64,000 bases of DNA from Lingula anatina (Eukaryota; Animalia; Brachiopoda), in assembly GCA_051362555.1 (NCBI GenBank), contig CM120640.1, positions 48,152,788 to 48,216,787 on the forward strand, written 5' to 3'. Shown piece after piece: positions 52,210 through 64,000 of this stretch (its first letter is position 1; every line of letters starts with the position of its first letter). The translations under genes and the position numbers were made by a program. The notes beneath the pieces are model-generated. The model did no database searches. It was given only the letters and a program-made list of their open reading frames with translations, and was not told where the DNA came from.

Positions 52210-55054
52210 CTAAACTCTATTGCAATCTACTAAATCAGCTGGTATTTCGTCATATAGTGACTCCGTGTTATTTTGGTGTGTCCCCTGGAAAGTCTGGCCA
52301 ATGCCCATGTAGCGACCACGTGGCATCGATGTCCTGAACCCCTGTTGTCCGGCTGCTGACATTTCTAAAAGACTCTCATAGTGATGCTCCCCTTGAACTT
52401 CCCCATTGACGACACTGTGTCGATGGTTTTGAAGGGTTCTGAAGTCATCTGGAGGTTCCTCGTATCCTAAAGATGCTGCTGTCTGGCGACCGTGTGGCTG
52501 AATTTGGAAGTCTGGCTCGTCGTAAAAAGTGACTCGTTGTTGATAGTCGTCGACTCCCCGGTTTTTATCAAGATGTTCATACTCATTTACAGGCTCGACA
52601 CTAAAAAACAGAGAAGTTGGAGTGTATCGCTCTATTTAATTCTTTATTTATTAAACGTATCACTTGTGATTGTATGATTTGTACTTATGAAATAGAGCTC
52701 AAATGAGAAACAGAATATAAGAAACCGTAGAGAATTAATTTAAAAACTCCTAGATCGCTTTACACCGAATAAAGACCACACCAATAGCCAGTTAAATGTA
52801 ACTTTTACCTTTTCTTTTTTGCATCTATTCGCCTGCGAAGATAACAAATAATAAGAACAACACCAACTAATGGGATAGCCACTCCAATGACAATGCCGAT
52901 GACAAACCACGTGTTCACCGTTGTGTCCTCCATGTCAGATGTAGAGACAGGTGATGAAGTGGTAGTAAGAGAGTTAGAGGAAGTAAATAAAGTTCTAGAT
53001 TGGGTTGAAGAGGCGGTAGACGATATTATATGATGAGAGGTAGGGATAGTTGAAAGAGTCGAAGGATGGGGTGTAAAAGAGGTAGATGAAGTTACAGGAT
53101 AATATGAAGAGGTGGTAGGTGAAGTTGTAGGATCAGCTGTAGAGGTGGAAGGTGAAATTGTAGGGAGGGATGTACATGCAGGTACAGTTGTAAAATGAGA
53201 TAAAGATGTGTTAGGTATAGTTGTAGGGTGAGTTGTAGAGGTGGTAGGTGAAGTTGTAGGATTAGATGTAGAGGTTGTGGTTAAAGTTGCAGAATGAGCA
53301 GTAGATGTGGTAGGTGAAGTTGTAAGAGGGGGTGTAGAGGTGCTAGGTATAGTTGTAGGGTCAGTTATAGAGGTGGTAGGTAAAGTTGTAGAGTGAGATG
53401 TAGAGGTGGTAGGTGAAGTTGAAGGATGAGATGTAGATGTGGTAGGTAAAGTTGTAGGATAAGATGTAGAAGTGGTAGGTGAAGTTATAGGATGAGATGA
53501 AGAGGTGATAGGTGAAGTTGTAGGAAGAGATGTAGAGGTATTAGGTAAAGTTGTAGGAAGGGAGGTAGAGATGGTAGGTGAAGTTGTAGGATAAGATGTG
53601 ATGGTAGTAGGTAAAGTTGTAGGATGAGATGTGATGGTAGTAGGTAAAGTTGCAGGATGAGATGTGATGGTAGTAGGTAAAGTTGTAGGATGAGATGTGG
53701 AGGCGATAGGTGAAGTTGTAGGGTGGGATGCAGAAGCAGTAGGGGAATTTGCTGGTGTTGCAAATCGAGATGTAGAGGAAAATGAAGTCGTATGCTGAGA
53801 GATGGAAGTGCTAGATGTTGATATGACAGGTGAAGTTGTCTGTAGGTCAGAAGAGCTATCAGCAGTTGTTATCGCTGGAGAAGAAGATGAAGATATTGAG
53901 TCGCAGTCAGGAGTAAATCCTCCGGTTTGTCCAGGGCAGGGCACCTCAGTACCTAAAGACAAATAAATATTAGTGTTATGTAGGGACAAAACAAGGAAGA
54001 CTGATTTTAACATAAAGGTGAAAGGTAAATCACCTCATTGATTTTTAATGAATTTCTTTTAAGTATAACGGTTAATATACATGTGCTAATGGGATAACTT
54101 TTTACCAATCAAGTTGCAGCCTTCCTAGTGAGCATACTATTAAGATACTTTTCCAAATAAACAAAAGAAATTGTGAAACCCCGTTTGCATCATTAAGCCT
54201 CAACTCACCAACGCAGTAAGCTTGCGAGCATCCACTGGTGTGTACCAAGTAATACACGTTGAATTCGTCATTGCAGTTCTTCACTTTTATGTCGTAAGTT
54301 CTGTAACAGCATCGGTCTTCATTTGCGTATAGATTATAAACACAAGCTGTGGCGTTTATTTCTTGGTTTTTGGTCGGAAGGTTTCCTACAGAACAAAATG
54401 TTTTGACAATGGTATTATAAACACAATTAGCTTTGGGTGTGATCTGTATGTTAGTAGGGGTAGGCCTACTGGAAACAAGACAGTTAAGCCTTTATCTCCT
54501 CAAACAACGGGGATTTTTAAACGTATGGGACTTTTAACGAGTAAGAAAAAAAGTTTTGTATCTCTTCCCTCTCTGATAACAAGTAAGCGGCCGTGTACAA
54601 CCTGTTTCAGAAAAGCTTAGGCCCATGACTTTAAACGAAAAATGTCATCAAATATCAACAGCGTAAACAGTTACGTGTCTAACATAAATTAAAAGAGGTT
54701 CAGATACCTGCATCATATTATTTTGATTTGGAGATGAAATTTTGAGTTGATATTTTCCAAAAAATTGCGGATGCACTGTGGATTTGAATACCTTTCATCC
54801 AAATTGGCCATGTCGTTCCACAGTGGTTTGGCAACACACAATACGTGGGCATGTCGTTGCCAGCCGTACTGTTAAATCTATACCAGCCTTCATCTATGTA
54901 CCGATCACAAATTGCAACCTCTCCACTTTCCTTGGTGTAGTTGACACTTCTCCTCCATTCTCCGCTACGCACTTTATGATTTTGCGGATCACACGGGTCG
55001 GCTACAATAAACGGTATGCAGAATAACGTCACCACTTCCATCCTAAATACGTGA

Positions 55055-55136
<82 letters not shown>

Positions 55137-56000
55137 AATTACGTGGCGATTTCTTTACCTACAAACATATAGTAAATTTAAGCAATAAGTAAACGAATCG
55201 TTTATAGACCCTGTCTGATATTTCAATTGCAAAGAATTCATTTGTGCTTTCTTTACACCTATCCAGTACCGGTCACAATAGCCGGCCGCAGCCTTTCCCC
55301 TGCGCAAAGCGATTTAAAGTTAAGAACTCACAATTATCAGTGCAACTCGAATCTATTGTCTTGATGTTCATGCAGCTACCAAAGCTTGGCAAAAAACGAA
55401 AAATATTGAAAGAATTATGGATAACCAGGCACGTAGCCAGGAAGTTCGGGAGAAGGTCCGCTTCCTCAGCTGGATCAGGTGGTATTTATTTTAACGTTAA
55501 TTAGGAGATTCTTCTTGTAAAAGAAATTATTACAATCAATGATTGCGGTTTAAATAATCGGTTTCTCGGTTCCTTTCGGAACAAGCTTCGTCCCATGACA
55601 ACATAAACGTACATTGTGTCTAGGTACCCTCTGATATCAAGGGCCCACTAAAATATTATACAAAATCACAAAATGGGCTTTCAACATCTTTGTAATAGAC
55701 TATTGCCAAGCCAAAGACTTCACAAGTATGGTAGAAAATCAAACATGGAAGCTCCGACGTTAAAAGCGTAGACATTTGACGATACGCAAAAATCTTGGAC
55801 ACAGAAGACGGACTTATCACGTTCATCTCCCCGAGGTCAACTACAGGTAAAACTCAACGCCTTTTTGTACAGCTTCTTCCTTTAACAAATCGTCCACGCG
55901 CTCATCGTAAAGTACTAACTATTAATTGCCAACACAACTTACTGTTAACTGGAAGTACACTTGCCACCGTGATCCCAAGAATCGCTAGCCATGCGACCAT
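52210..56000 (-). CDS. Type I membrane protein C: signal, D8C, long mucin (PTS) stalk, TM, Tyr-motif tail
   Basis: Exons 56000-55943 (MVAWLAILGITVASVLPVN), 55001-54792, about 54385-54208, 53952-52809 and 52600-52210. TM WFVIGIVIGVAIPLVGVVLIICYL followed by RRR. Tail contains YEHL, YDEP, YEEP, YESL, YMGI and SLYDEI. Confidence 0.85.
53080..53730 (-). repeat. Coding 33-bp minisatellite (11-aa PTT(S/L)PTT(S/I)TS(H/Y/L)-like mucin repeat)
   Basis: About 20 degenerate units such as GTAGGTAAAGTTGTAGGATGAGATGTGATGGTA inside the stalk exon of gene C. Confidence 0.85.
55037..55135. repeat. Compound (TA)n(TAGA)n microsatellite
   Basis: Direct observation. Confidence 0.95.
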
Positions 56001-57639
56001 GGTGTAGAAAACGCACAAGGTACATATAACCCGGAAGATAAAAATGTTTATACCAGCTATTCGGTGTAAAACTCAAACGCAGTTTCCTCTAACTATTGTG
56101 ATCGTGATGCATTGTTGTCAGAGTTTATTTTTGCACAAACCGTCTTCTTGGTTGAATAGAGATGAATGCTGCATAGGGGAAATTTTATACCTGTCAGGTA
56201 TATCCAGTGTTTCGTGAGGGTGAGAAAAAAATCAGAAAGAGAAAGAGGTTTTCGTTTAATAAAATAACACAACTTATATAGTTTTTACTTTTGATATACG
56301 AATTCAAATATATGAGTCTATAATGATTTTTCTCCAGATGCCATCTCCACGAATCTAATTTTGTTTGAATGATTTTGTTTCCGTTCACTAACACAACCGA
56401 ATTCTTTGCCAACTATTGCCCGCGGATGCGAAGCCGACCCCCCCCCCCCTTTGGCGTAGGGTTCGGTGCCAGGGGAAGAGTCCCGAAAAATTTTGATATT
56501 TTAGAGGGAGAACGATGCCATTTGGTATGGTTTAGAACTATGATTCAGCGAATCAAAATTCTAATTTCAAGAGTTGACTAGAAATGTAATTTTTTCTGAA
56601 ATCGACCCCCCTGACACTCCCCCTAAATCTGCCACTGTATATTATATGATATTTTGTTGGTTTACTTCATATATTCAGTAAATTTTAGTCTAGTCGTCTT
56701 GAAATCATGTATAGCTTATATCTTCGTATTCAATGCTTTTGAAGTTGCATGACTGCTCCGTAGCCTTGTAACATATTGAAAATGCCTGGTTTCAAGAATC
56801 CAGCTCGGTTGTACTGTTGGAGTGCTAAGATAAAAGCTTTTTCATATTCCAAATGAAAAACTTAAACGTTGTGTTTTTGCTTTGTTCAGTAATTGTGATA
56901 ACGTGGCGAGAGAAGGTGGGGCTATATGAAATTATGAAACTGGCTTTTCGCGTAACTTGGGCTTCTTTCTCATCTAGGGGTATAATTTGGCGATACAACC
57001 TGTACTAGTACACGTTGACAAGCCCTAACAAGGTTTTTTTAAAACTCTCTTTCTGCGGCTTCTCTGTTGAACGTTTTACCAGAAAGACTTCAATTGTGTC
57101 CAAAGTATTATATGGATGCAATGACATGTATCATTCGACTAGAATTCCCCTGATTGTCAATTTGCACTTCCCCCCAACGACTTATCCGCTTTTTACTGAT
57201 TCTGTTTGTGTACCAAGATTGATGATTAGGTTGATCGATGAACGAAATGACAAAAAAAGAAGTATATTCTGTGTTCACTTACTATCATACAGAGTGATAT
57301 TGAGGGTGGAAATTCAGTTGACATTTTTACTTTCATTAGGCCAAAGAACTTAGCCAGTCGACAAATTTCTAAGATTGCCTCATCTTTTTGGTAAATTATC
57401 TGCCAAAGCAAACAAATGCCTGCACCTCGTAAGCAAATGCTTTTTTTAACTGAAAGAAAAACTGGAGGCAAATGTTTCAAGTTAACTGCTAGCAAACATC
57501 CTTGGTTGATTTTATTCAAATTAACGTGGAAATCACTTTTTTTTTTTTTTTGCTTGTTTATGTTACGACACAGCAAGACGCTGAAATGTTCGATACTACA
57601 GAATTATGTTCATTATCAAAAAAATCTTTCAATGCACAG

Positions 57640-57640
<1 letters not shown>

Positions 57641-57699
<59 letters not shown>
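57641..57699. repeat. (TA)n microsatellite
   Basis: Direct observation. Confidence 0.95.
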
Positions 57700-57702
<3 letters not shown>

Positions 57703-57938
57703 ATTGCATATGTCTTTTAAGGTAGACTATTAAACACATTTGCATAATCGTTTCATAGGGCACGTGCAATGTGTCTGAACTATTGTGGCTCATCTAACAC
57801 ATTTCAACGCACTGTCACAATTCAATGCACAATTAGTCTATTTCAGAACTAAATTTCTGTCCATTTTCAATAATGGCAAGATCAGAATCAACATCTTCCA
57901 GAAGAGAATTGACGTTTGATTTTTCTACCACCTGGTTA

Positions 57939-60297
57939 TTAGCAGAAATTAAAGTATGGACGACGGTCCAGGTATATGTGAATTGTGGAAAACCCGTTAA
58001 ATTCCCCCGAGGTCAAACAAGTGGGAACCGGCTTCATGAAGAACTGAAATTGTGAAGAAATAGCAAGATGTAAAGTTTTAACTACTAATATAAACATGTA
58101 TATTTATAATATTACGAAAAATATTCCTGATTAAGAAATTGATAATAAATCACTCTTTATAAAAAAAGATCACTGTTCAAGAATTTTTAAAGTGTGCTAT
58201 GCTACCTTATACAAAATATTTTCCACCACAAGTGAACAAAAATTTTCATCAAAAATAATTTACTAATTTTGTATAAAATATCAGGATCTGACCTTTCTGA
58301 CATTTGACCTTTCTGACCTTGTATTGATGGAGGTTAACGTATTATTCTATTGGGTGTGGCTAGATCTGACAGCCACCTTCAACACATCACATATTAAAAA
58401 ATCCTGCCGTTTACCTCTAAATTGGTATTGGACGGGTGTTCGTATCGGGAGGATGAGAAGTGCCCGTAAAAGGCCCAACCAAACGAATTCAGTTTTCCGT
58501 TGTTGTACATGGCGAAGACAGGATAAAATTCTTTACAGTCCATATCTCTGCGTACATTATACCAGTAGTGTTTACCTGGAGAGGAAAATATATTGGTCTA
58601 ATGCTTTCTATTATCTGTTTTTCTACAATGTGACCATGCAGTATGTAAACAGATTGGATGTTTATTCAAGAAATACAATTACTCCCGTGTAGTGATCGAA
58701 TGTTAAAATTACGGCCAATAATAACTAATCAGAGGTTGGTTATTTGATAATAGCGTGGTCACAAATAAATGGAAGCTGATATAAGCCATATTTACCCATG
58801 CCCCAAAAGCATTGTCCTTCTGTCCACTGTGTCCCCGCCATGTCGGACTGGAGCATGGGGATGGTCATCAAGTCAGTGCGAGGGTTTGAGCCGCTTTGGA
58901 TGTGAAGTGCGGTCCCTGTCCCCTCCTCCTGAAACTGCTGCGCTGTGCGTCCTGTGGTACATATGGTTGCTAGGGAAATATGCATATTTATTGTAATCAA
59001 GCAAGGGGTGTCCTTATTTGGTCATACTCAAGACAAAATGGAAAAACAGCACTGGGGAGTGACGTTTTTGATAGAATCAATGTGAACAAACATTATGAAG
59101 CCCATGTGAAAACATAAATAAATAAATGAAAGATTGGCTTTGGGTGACGAATATCTTTTGAATTGGAATTATTTGTCAAATTAAAATTTCAAATACACTT
59201 TTGGTGGGATCTACACCTTTTTTTACCTCAAAAACTATCTGTCAATAGGTTTCAAATGTAACTTCCATCTCTTAACAAATATACTTCCAGCTTAAAAGAC
59301 CCAAAAATCCAGTGAACATCTGAAAAAATTGGTCTTATATAAGTTTCACAAGTTTCTTGAATTCATCCCCAATGCGTTTATTGTCTGGTTTATTGTAAGT
59401 GTCAGGGATAGTCTTAGTATGTTAGGATAATACTTACAAGGGTCTTGGACGAAATAAGCAGTTATAACCATAGCGCCATCTTCTTCGATGAAAAACTTTC
59501 TGATTTTGGCGTCAGGGTATTCATCTGTCTTTGGAATCTTAAAAGAAATGCCATTCACTGTAAAAGTTACAGCAATTGTTTTTTGAAAGAGGACTGTTTT
59601 TGCAGGTCATTCTTACAGAAATGCTCTCCGCTATCCATATATCCAAAGTTGAAACAAATGCTAGAGTAAATGAGAGACACAAAAAATGGGTTTATCCAGG
59701 AGGTCGATTACCTAATTTTATTGCGGATCCTTACCTTTGTCTGGATCCCTGCAATGTAGCCTTGTTTATCAAAGAGAAGCATGGTAGAAACATCACCATC
59801 TAGGATATACCGGTTCCCAAAATAAGGGTTATTTCCTACAGAATAAATGGATACTTTCATTTTTTTTTCAATATCGGTGCACGGATTATCGATTTCGTTT
59901 CAATTGAACGCCCATTTATTATTATTCACTTTGTAAAAATGTATTTGAATATGAATTGAGATCCATTTTTGCTCACCACTACATGGCTTGTCCAGTATCC
60001 AACCGCTACTTATAGCGTCCTCTGCCTTCCTTGGTAACCGACTGAAGCTCCCGAAGGTAACTGATGACAATGAGAGAGAAAATTATATTCCAAATATATA
60101 TATACATCTATTTATTCCCTTAACTATGGACAATGTAATTATATAGGCATTGACTACCTTATAACAGCTTTGAGCACACCCATTCCGTTCGCATAAAGAT
60201 CGCAAAGGTGGTATCGAAAGAGTTGTTGGAGCTGAATAATGTACATGGATAGGAGATTGGTAGTCGTCAAATGCAGTACAATTGTTTTTCTGTGTGC

Positions 60298-60341
<44 letters not shown>

Positions 60342-62222
60342 AAACTGTCGGAACTACAGTAGGTCATTTTAAAAGGCAATTCACACTCACCGGAAAGGTC
60401 TCTCCATTCTGGCTGTGGGACTGAAAAACAAATATTCATTGACAGTTGTAATGTCAGATATGCAACTTTCAGGTAAACTTGTATAATAATTTTTTTAATT
60501 TTGCATCCCCTTTTCAGAATTTTCAGAGTGACGAGTTTTAAAAAGTTATTACGAATAAAACATGAAATATTAGTTTGACTGAGATGAAGAAAATATATTT
60601 GCAAGCTTTGAAGTATGCAATAGACCTGCAAAAAGAGCGTTTCGAGTGTACAAAATATGGCAGATTATTTTTTAAACTAGCTAGTTCGTTTGAGTGTAAC
60701 TCAGGGGCGGATCCAGGATTGTTTGAAGGGGGGGGGGGGGGGTCCGCGTATGCGTATGGCATAAGGTGCGGGGCCCGCTGAATGGCCCCGAAAAATTTTG
60801 GTATTTTAGAGGGCGAACGGTGCCATTTGGTACGGTATAGAATTATGATTCAGCTAGTCCAAAATTCTAATTTCATGTATCATGTGGATAATTTTAACAA
60901 ATAGTTTGAAGACAACTTACATCTTTTGTCCTGTTTCTATTTAATTGTAACCTAATATACATGTACAGTAAAAAAATAGGTGTTGACTCACCAGATGTTG
61001 GAAGCAGCTAACAGTTATTGAAAACAAAGGTAATGTATGTATCGATGGATATTAAACTCTGTATGACAATCTAACAAAGAGAAATTTCCGACGTAAAAAC
61101 AAACATGCGTGCATGACGTCGCACGCACTCACACAGTTGCATCGACGTATAACAACGTAAACAACAACAACAATCTACGCTCAATTTGGTAACGTATGTA
61201 TCAGTAACGTATGAGGATTCATGTTGATTCACCGTATAGATCTTGGTAATATTAGAAGTATAAATATTTTGATGCATCTAGAAAGATCTACATAATAGTT
61301 GTTAAATAAAGTCTGAGCTTTCGGCCCCTGGGCCTTCTTCGGGGATTATGAACAAAAAGTAGTTATGTTTTGCTACTTTTTGTTCATAATCCCCGAAGAA
61401 GGCCCAGGGGCCGAAAGCTCGGACTTTATTTAACAACTATTATGTAGATCTTTCTAGATGCATCAAAATATTTATACTTCTAATATCAGTAACGTATGTA
61501 TCGATACAAATGTGTCTAATCTAAATAAAAACAATGCATTGCCACTGCACCTACAGTGTACACTAGACTAGTTACTTTCGCGTCGTGCTGGGCAATTATC
61601 TTACCCTTATCATAAAGCTTTGACAGACTGACAACTGATAAAGTCTGGTTATTTCGTGAGAGAGTTATCTAACAGTAAACGGAGTTCTCGAGCTCTTCAC
61701 GACCAGTAAACGAGGTTAATTTTGATTGTCCAAACATTTGGAAACGAACACGTGAAAGAGGGCAAAACTGCCCGAAGTGATATTACTTGTTAAGATATCT
61801 CAAACTGTTGCGATACAGACAAATATTCCGCGCGATGTGAGAAAGGCCATATCTGCGTATTCCTGAGGCAAACCGGTAAGTGTCAAGAAATGTTTGTCAT
61901 AAAGGGGAAAAATACAACGGAATGACCCTATAATTCTAACTGTAATCTATAACTGAAAAAATATGTTATTACACTCAGGCCCGTAGCCAGCAATTTCAAA
62001 AGGGAGGTTCTTTTTCTGAAAAAGTGGACCTTTTCCCATGAAAACTTCATGTACCTAGATCAAGTTTTACCCAGAGTGGACCTTTTCCCAGCAAAAGGGG
62101 CGGTTCTTTCTAACCCCCCGAACCCCCCCTGGCTACGGACCTGGACACTTACATGTATCAAACCATCCTGCCGAACTTGTGGCAAGTACGGAAACAACCA
62201 CTATGACGATCTTTTCCATCAT
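57939..62222 (-). CDS. Uncharacterised secreted protein, 274 aa, 8 exons
   Basis: Exons 62222-62153 (signal MMEKIVIVVVSVLATSSA), 60420-60391, 60060-59977, 59835-59735, 59537-59438, 58969-58796, 58575-58415 and 58043-57939. Total 825 nt, all GT/AG and phase-consistent. Motifs LLFDKQGYIAGIQ, TAYFVQDP.TIC..GRT, GQCFWGMGKHYWY, DC.EFYPVF.MY..G.LNSFGW, RYEHP, STIHIY. Confidence 0.85.
60301..60339. repeat. (AG)n microsatellite
   Basis: Direct observation. Confidence 0.95.
61249..61486. mobile_element. Near-perfect 114-bp inverted repeat, probably Penelope-like element-derived, with a minimal hammerhead-like motif in each arm
   Basis: Arms 61249-61362 and 61373-61486 (one mismatch, 10-nt loop). Each arm reads TCC-CCGAAGA-AGGCCCAGGGGCC-GAAA-GCTC-RGA. 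A 15-bp direct repeat TATCAGTAACGTATG lies at 61199 and 61484. Confidence 0.7.
61977..62143 (+). mobile_element. Short TIR element (MITE)
   Basis: CAGGCCCGTAGCCAG ... CTGGCTACGGACCTG termini. Confidence 0.7.
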
Positions 62223-62505
62223 ATATCTTCTGCGTTATGATGTCCGTGTGTTTTTCTGATGCTTGAACTGACTATTTATAGGGCCCAGGCATTTGAGGGA
62301 ATCAGGTGATGTGAGTTGGAGTTTGATCACTGCGTAGCAGCCAAAATAAACAGGAGTCCGGAAGGTTGTGCGGTTTTTTCAGTGCAAAAATTATCTCAAG
62401 GTTATAGGAATCAGGAGACAACAAATGTATCAGTGGATTGTTGCGCTGTTAGGTTGCTAATCCCATTAGAGAGGGGGTGGTAGAAGAGGAGGAGACTGCC
62501 TACTA

Positions 62506-62537
<32 letters not shown>

Positions 62538-64000
62538 GGGGAAGGGGGGGGAGTAGAAGAGGGGGCCGGCAATGGGTGAAAAGTCAAAAATTTTCTAAAG
62601 TACTATTTCAAATGGCATACTGCCCTACCCAAATACAGGCAGTTGTCGATTCGGAGGAAGGGGGGGGGGGCGAAGGGATAATGGCAGATCAATTTTGAAC
62701 CGTACCCCCTCTTTTTTCCTCTTTTTTTTATCCAGGTTGCCTGGATAAAATAAGGAATATAAAAAAAATTGACATGTGTTAGTCATACATGCTGATTGGG
62801 TAACTATTTATGTTTCCTTAGTACGCATGCACTCACTTGGTAACACATCTGTAACCCGGTCAACTGTGTGGCATAAAAGGACAAGAGTACCTCTTTTTAG
62901 GGGGGGGGGGTCCTTTGGGACCCGAGAAAGCCACTTTGAATTCGCGAATGTCTGAAACGTTCATTTTTTTAGAGTGATCCGTGAAGCACTCCATTCCAGT
63001 GCCGATTTTTATTCTTCGCCCTTCGTGAAACGAAGTCATAATACCCGGTGATTTGTGATTTTCAGGATTTTCGATTTGCATTTATAGTGAGATATGAATA
63101 AAAATGTATGAACTGTTGTGACCACTACTGCCCAATGGGATCCTCTCTTTTAAGTGTGTGTGTGTGTGTGTGTGTTTTGTTTGAAGGTGGGGGTCTTGGG
63201 GTGTGCCAAACTGTAGAATAAACAGTAGTAACAGCTTGTTTTTATTCCCATGTTTTTGAAAACGCATTCATTTTTCAAAATCCTCTCGTTTTCCACCAAT
63301 GTTACCTCTAAGTCACGGAAGTGTGTCTTGGCTGAGAACAACCCTTTTTTTCGTTGGGAATGAGCTGTTCTCGTTTTCGGTTCAATCTGAACTAAAATTG
63401 CTGATATCATCATGTTTATTTTTCTAAAAACAAATTGGAATTTCTTCAGTACAAGTTCGCGTGCACTTATTTTGGACCCACTGCCATTTTAGTCAGCAGC
63501 ATTTCAGGAACAAAGTTCGCACGGCCTTAAGTTTTTTTTCTAAGTATGGATTACCAGTTTGTGAGGATGAATTCAACCTAGCGAGAGGTTCACATAATAA
63601 AAGACCCGTTTTTATGTGCTCACATCCAATTTACTAAGCATTTATAACAGTTAGAATAACACATTTCCTCTACTTTCCATACTCATTCTTTCTCTCTAAA
63701 AAGGCAATGATTCAGATACAGTATCTAGGTCACTGATATACCAAATCACACCATCTAAACTATACCGTTATATATATAGGTCTATCTAGCATCATATTCA
63801 TTCATTCTTTTTTGCTACTAGGAGCTTGAATCAAATACATTTATAGAGGTACATTACATCTTAGATATTGAAAATTAAAATGCCTCTTATCTGTTGCTAA
63901 GGTCTAAGATATAAAATTAGATTAGAAACAAGTGCTCTGTCGCCTTCAAATTATCTTGTTCAGCATCAAATTATCTGTTCACACTTGATAAATGGTTGAT

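Noticed and set aside
55258-55385. Possible extra Cys-containing exon in gene C intron 1
   Set aside because: In-frame stops and no phase-1-compatible boundaries; at most a relic.
8278-56000. Functional link between the duplicated GnT-IV genes and the N-glycosylated (NYT sequon) D8C receptors
   Set aside because: Only proximity supports it; RFWD3 lies between them, and animal gene neighbourhood rarely implies a pathway.
57416-57733. ORFs with YIYIYI, SLSLSL or poly-G/H runs (also 60083-60631, 10576-10941, 62507-62698)
   Set aside because: Translations of microsatellites or low-complexity DNA.
60992-61070. Possible extra exon (strong gtgagt donor near 60991) in the uncharacterised secreted gene
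   Set aside because: Candidate acceptors give a frame-breaking exon or stops; the model is complete without it.

Overview
AT-rich, intron-containing animal (invertebrate, probably lophotrochozoan such as a mollusc) genomic DNA; no prokaryotic features. From left to right: (1) two weakly supported small minus-strand orphan gene models (1.3-4.2 kb). (2) A tandem segmental duplication (copy 1 about 6731-16026, copy 2 about 20838-31390). Each copy carries an MGAT4/GnT-IV-family N-acetylglucosaminyltransferase gene. Copy 2 has a TGG->TGA stop in the C-terminal lectin region and lacks the putative promoter and first exon. (3) A recently disabled Polinton/adintovirus-type protein-primed DNA polymerase B fragment exactly between the two copies. 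(4) A nested transposon stack (TIR elements plus a 5'-truncated RTE-X-like LINE) inside copy 2. (5) A complete 14-coding-exon RFWD3 gene on the plus strand. (6) A minus-strand cluster of three closely related uromodulin/GP2/VWDE-type D8C modules. Two lie in type I membrane proteins with mucin stalks and unrelated Tyr-motif-rich cytoplasmic tails. One lies in an apparently secreted form next to a PAN/Apple exon, so the cluster resembles a paired immune receptor plus decoy locus. (7) An 8-exon gene for an uncharacterised secreted 274-aa protein, whose first intron holds a 238-bp near-perfect palindrome with Penelope-type minimal hammerhead motifs. Gene models were spliced by hand from GT/AG sites and phase consistency; no database searches were run.
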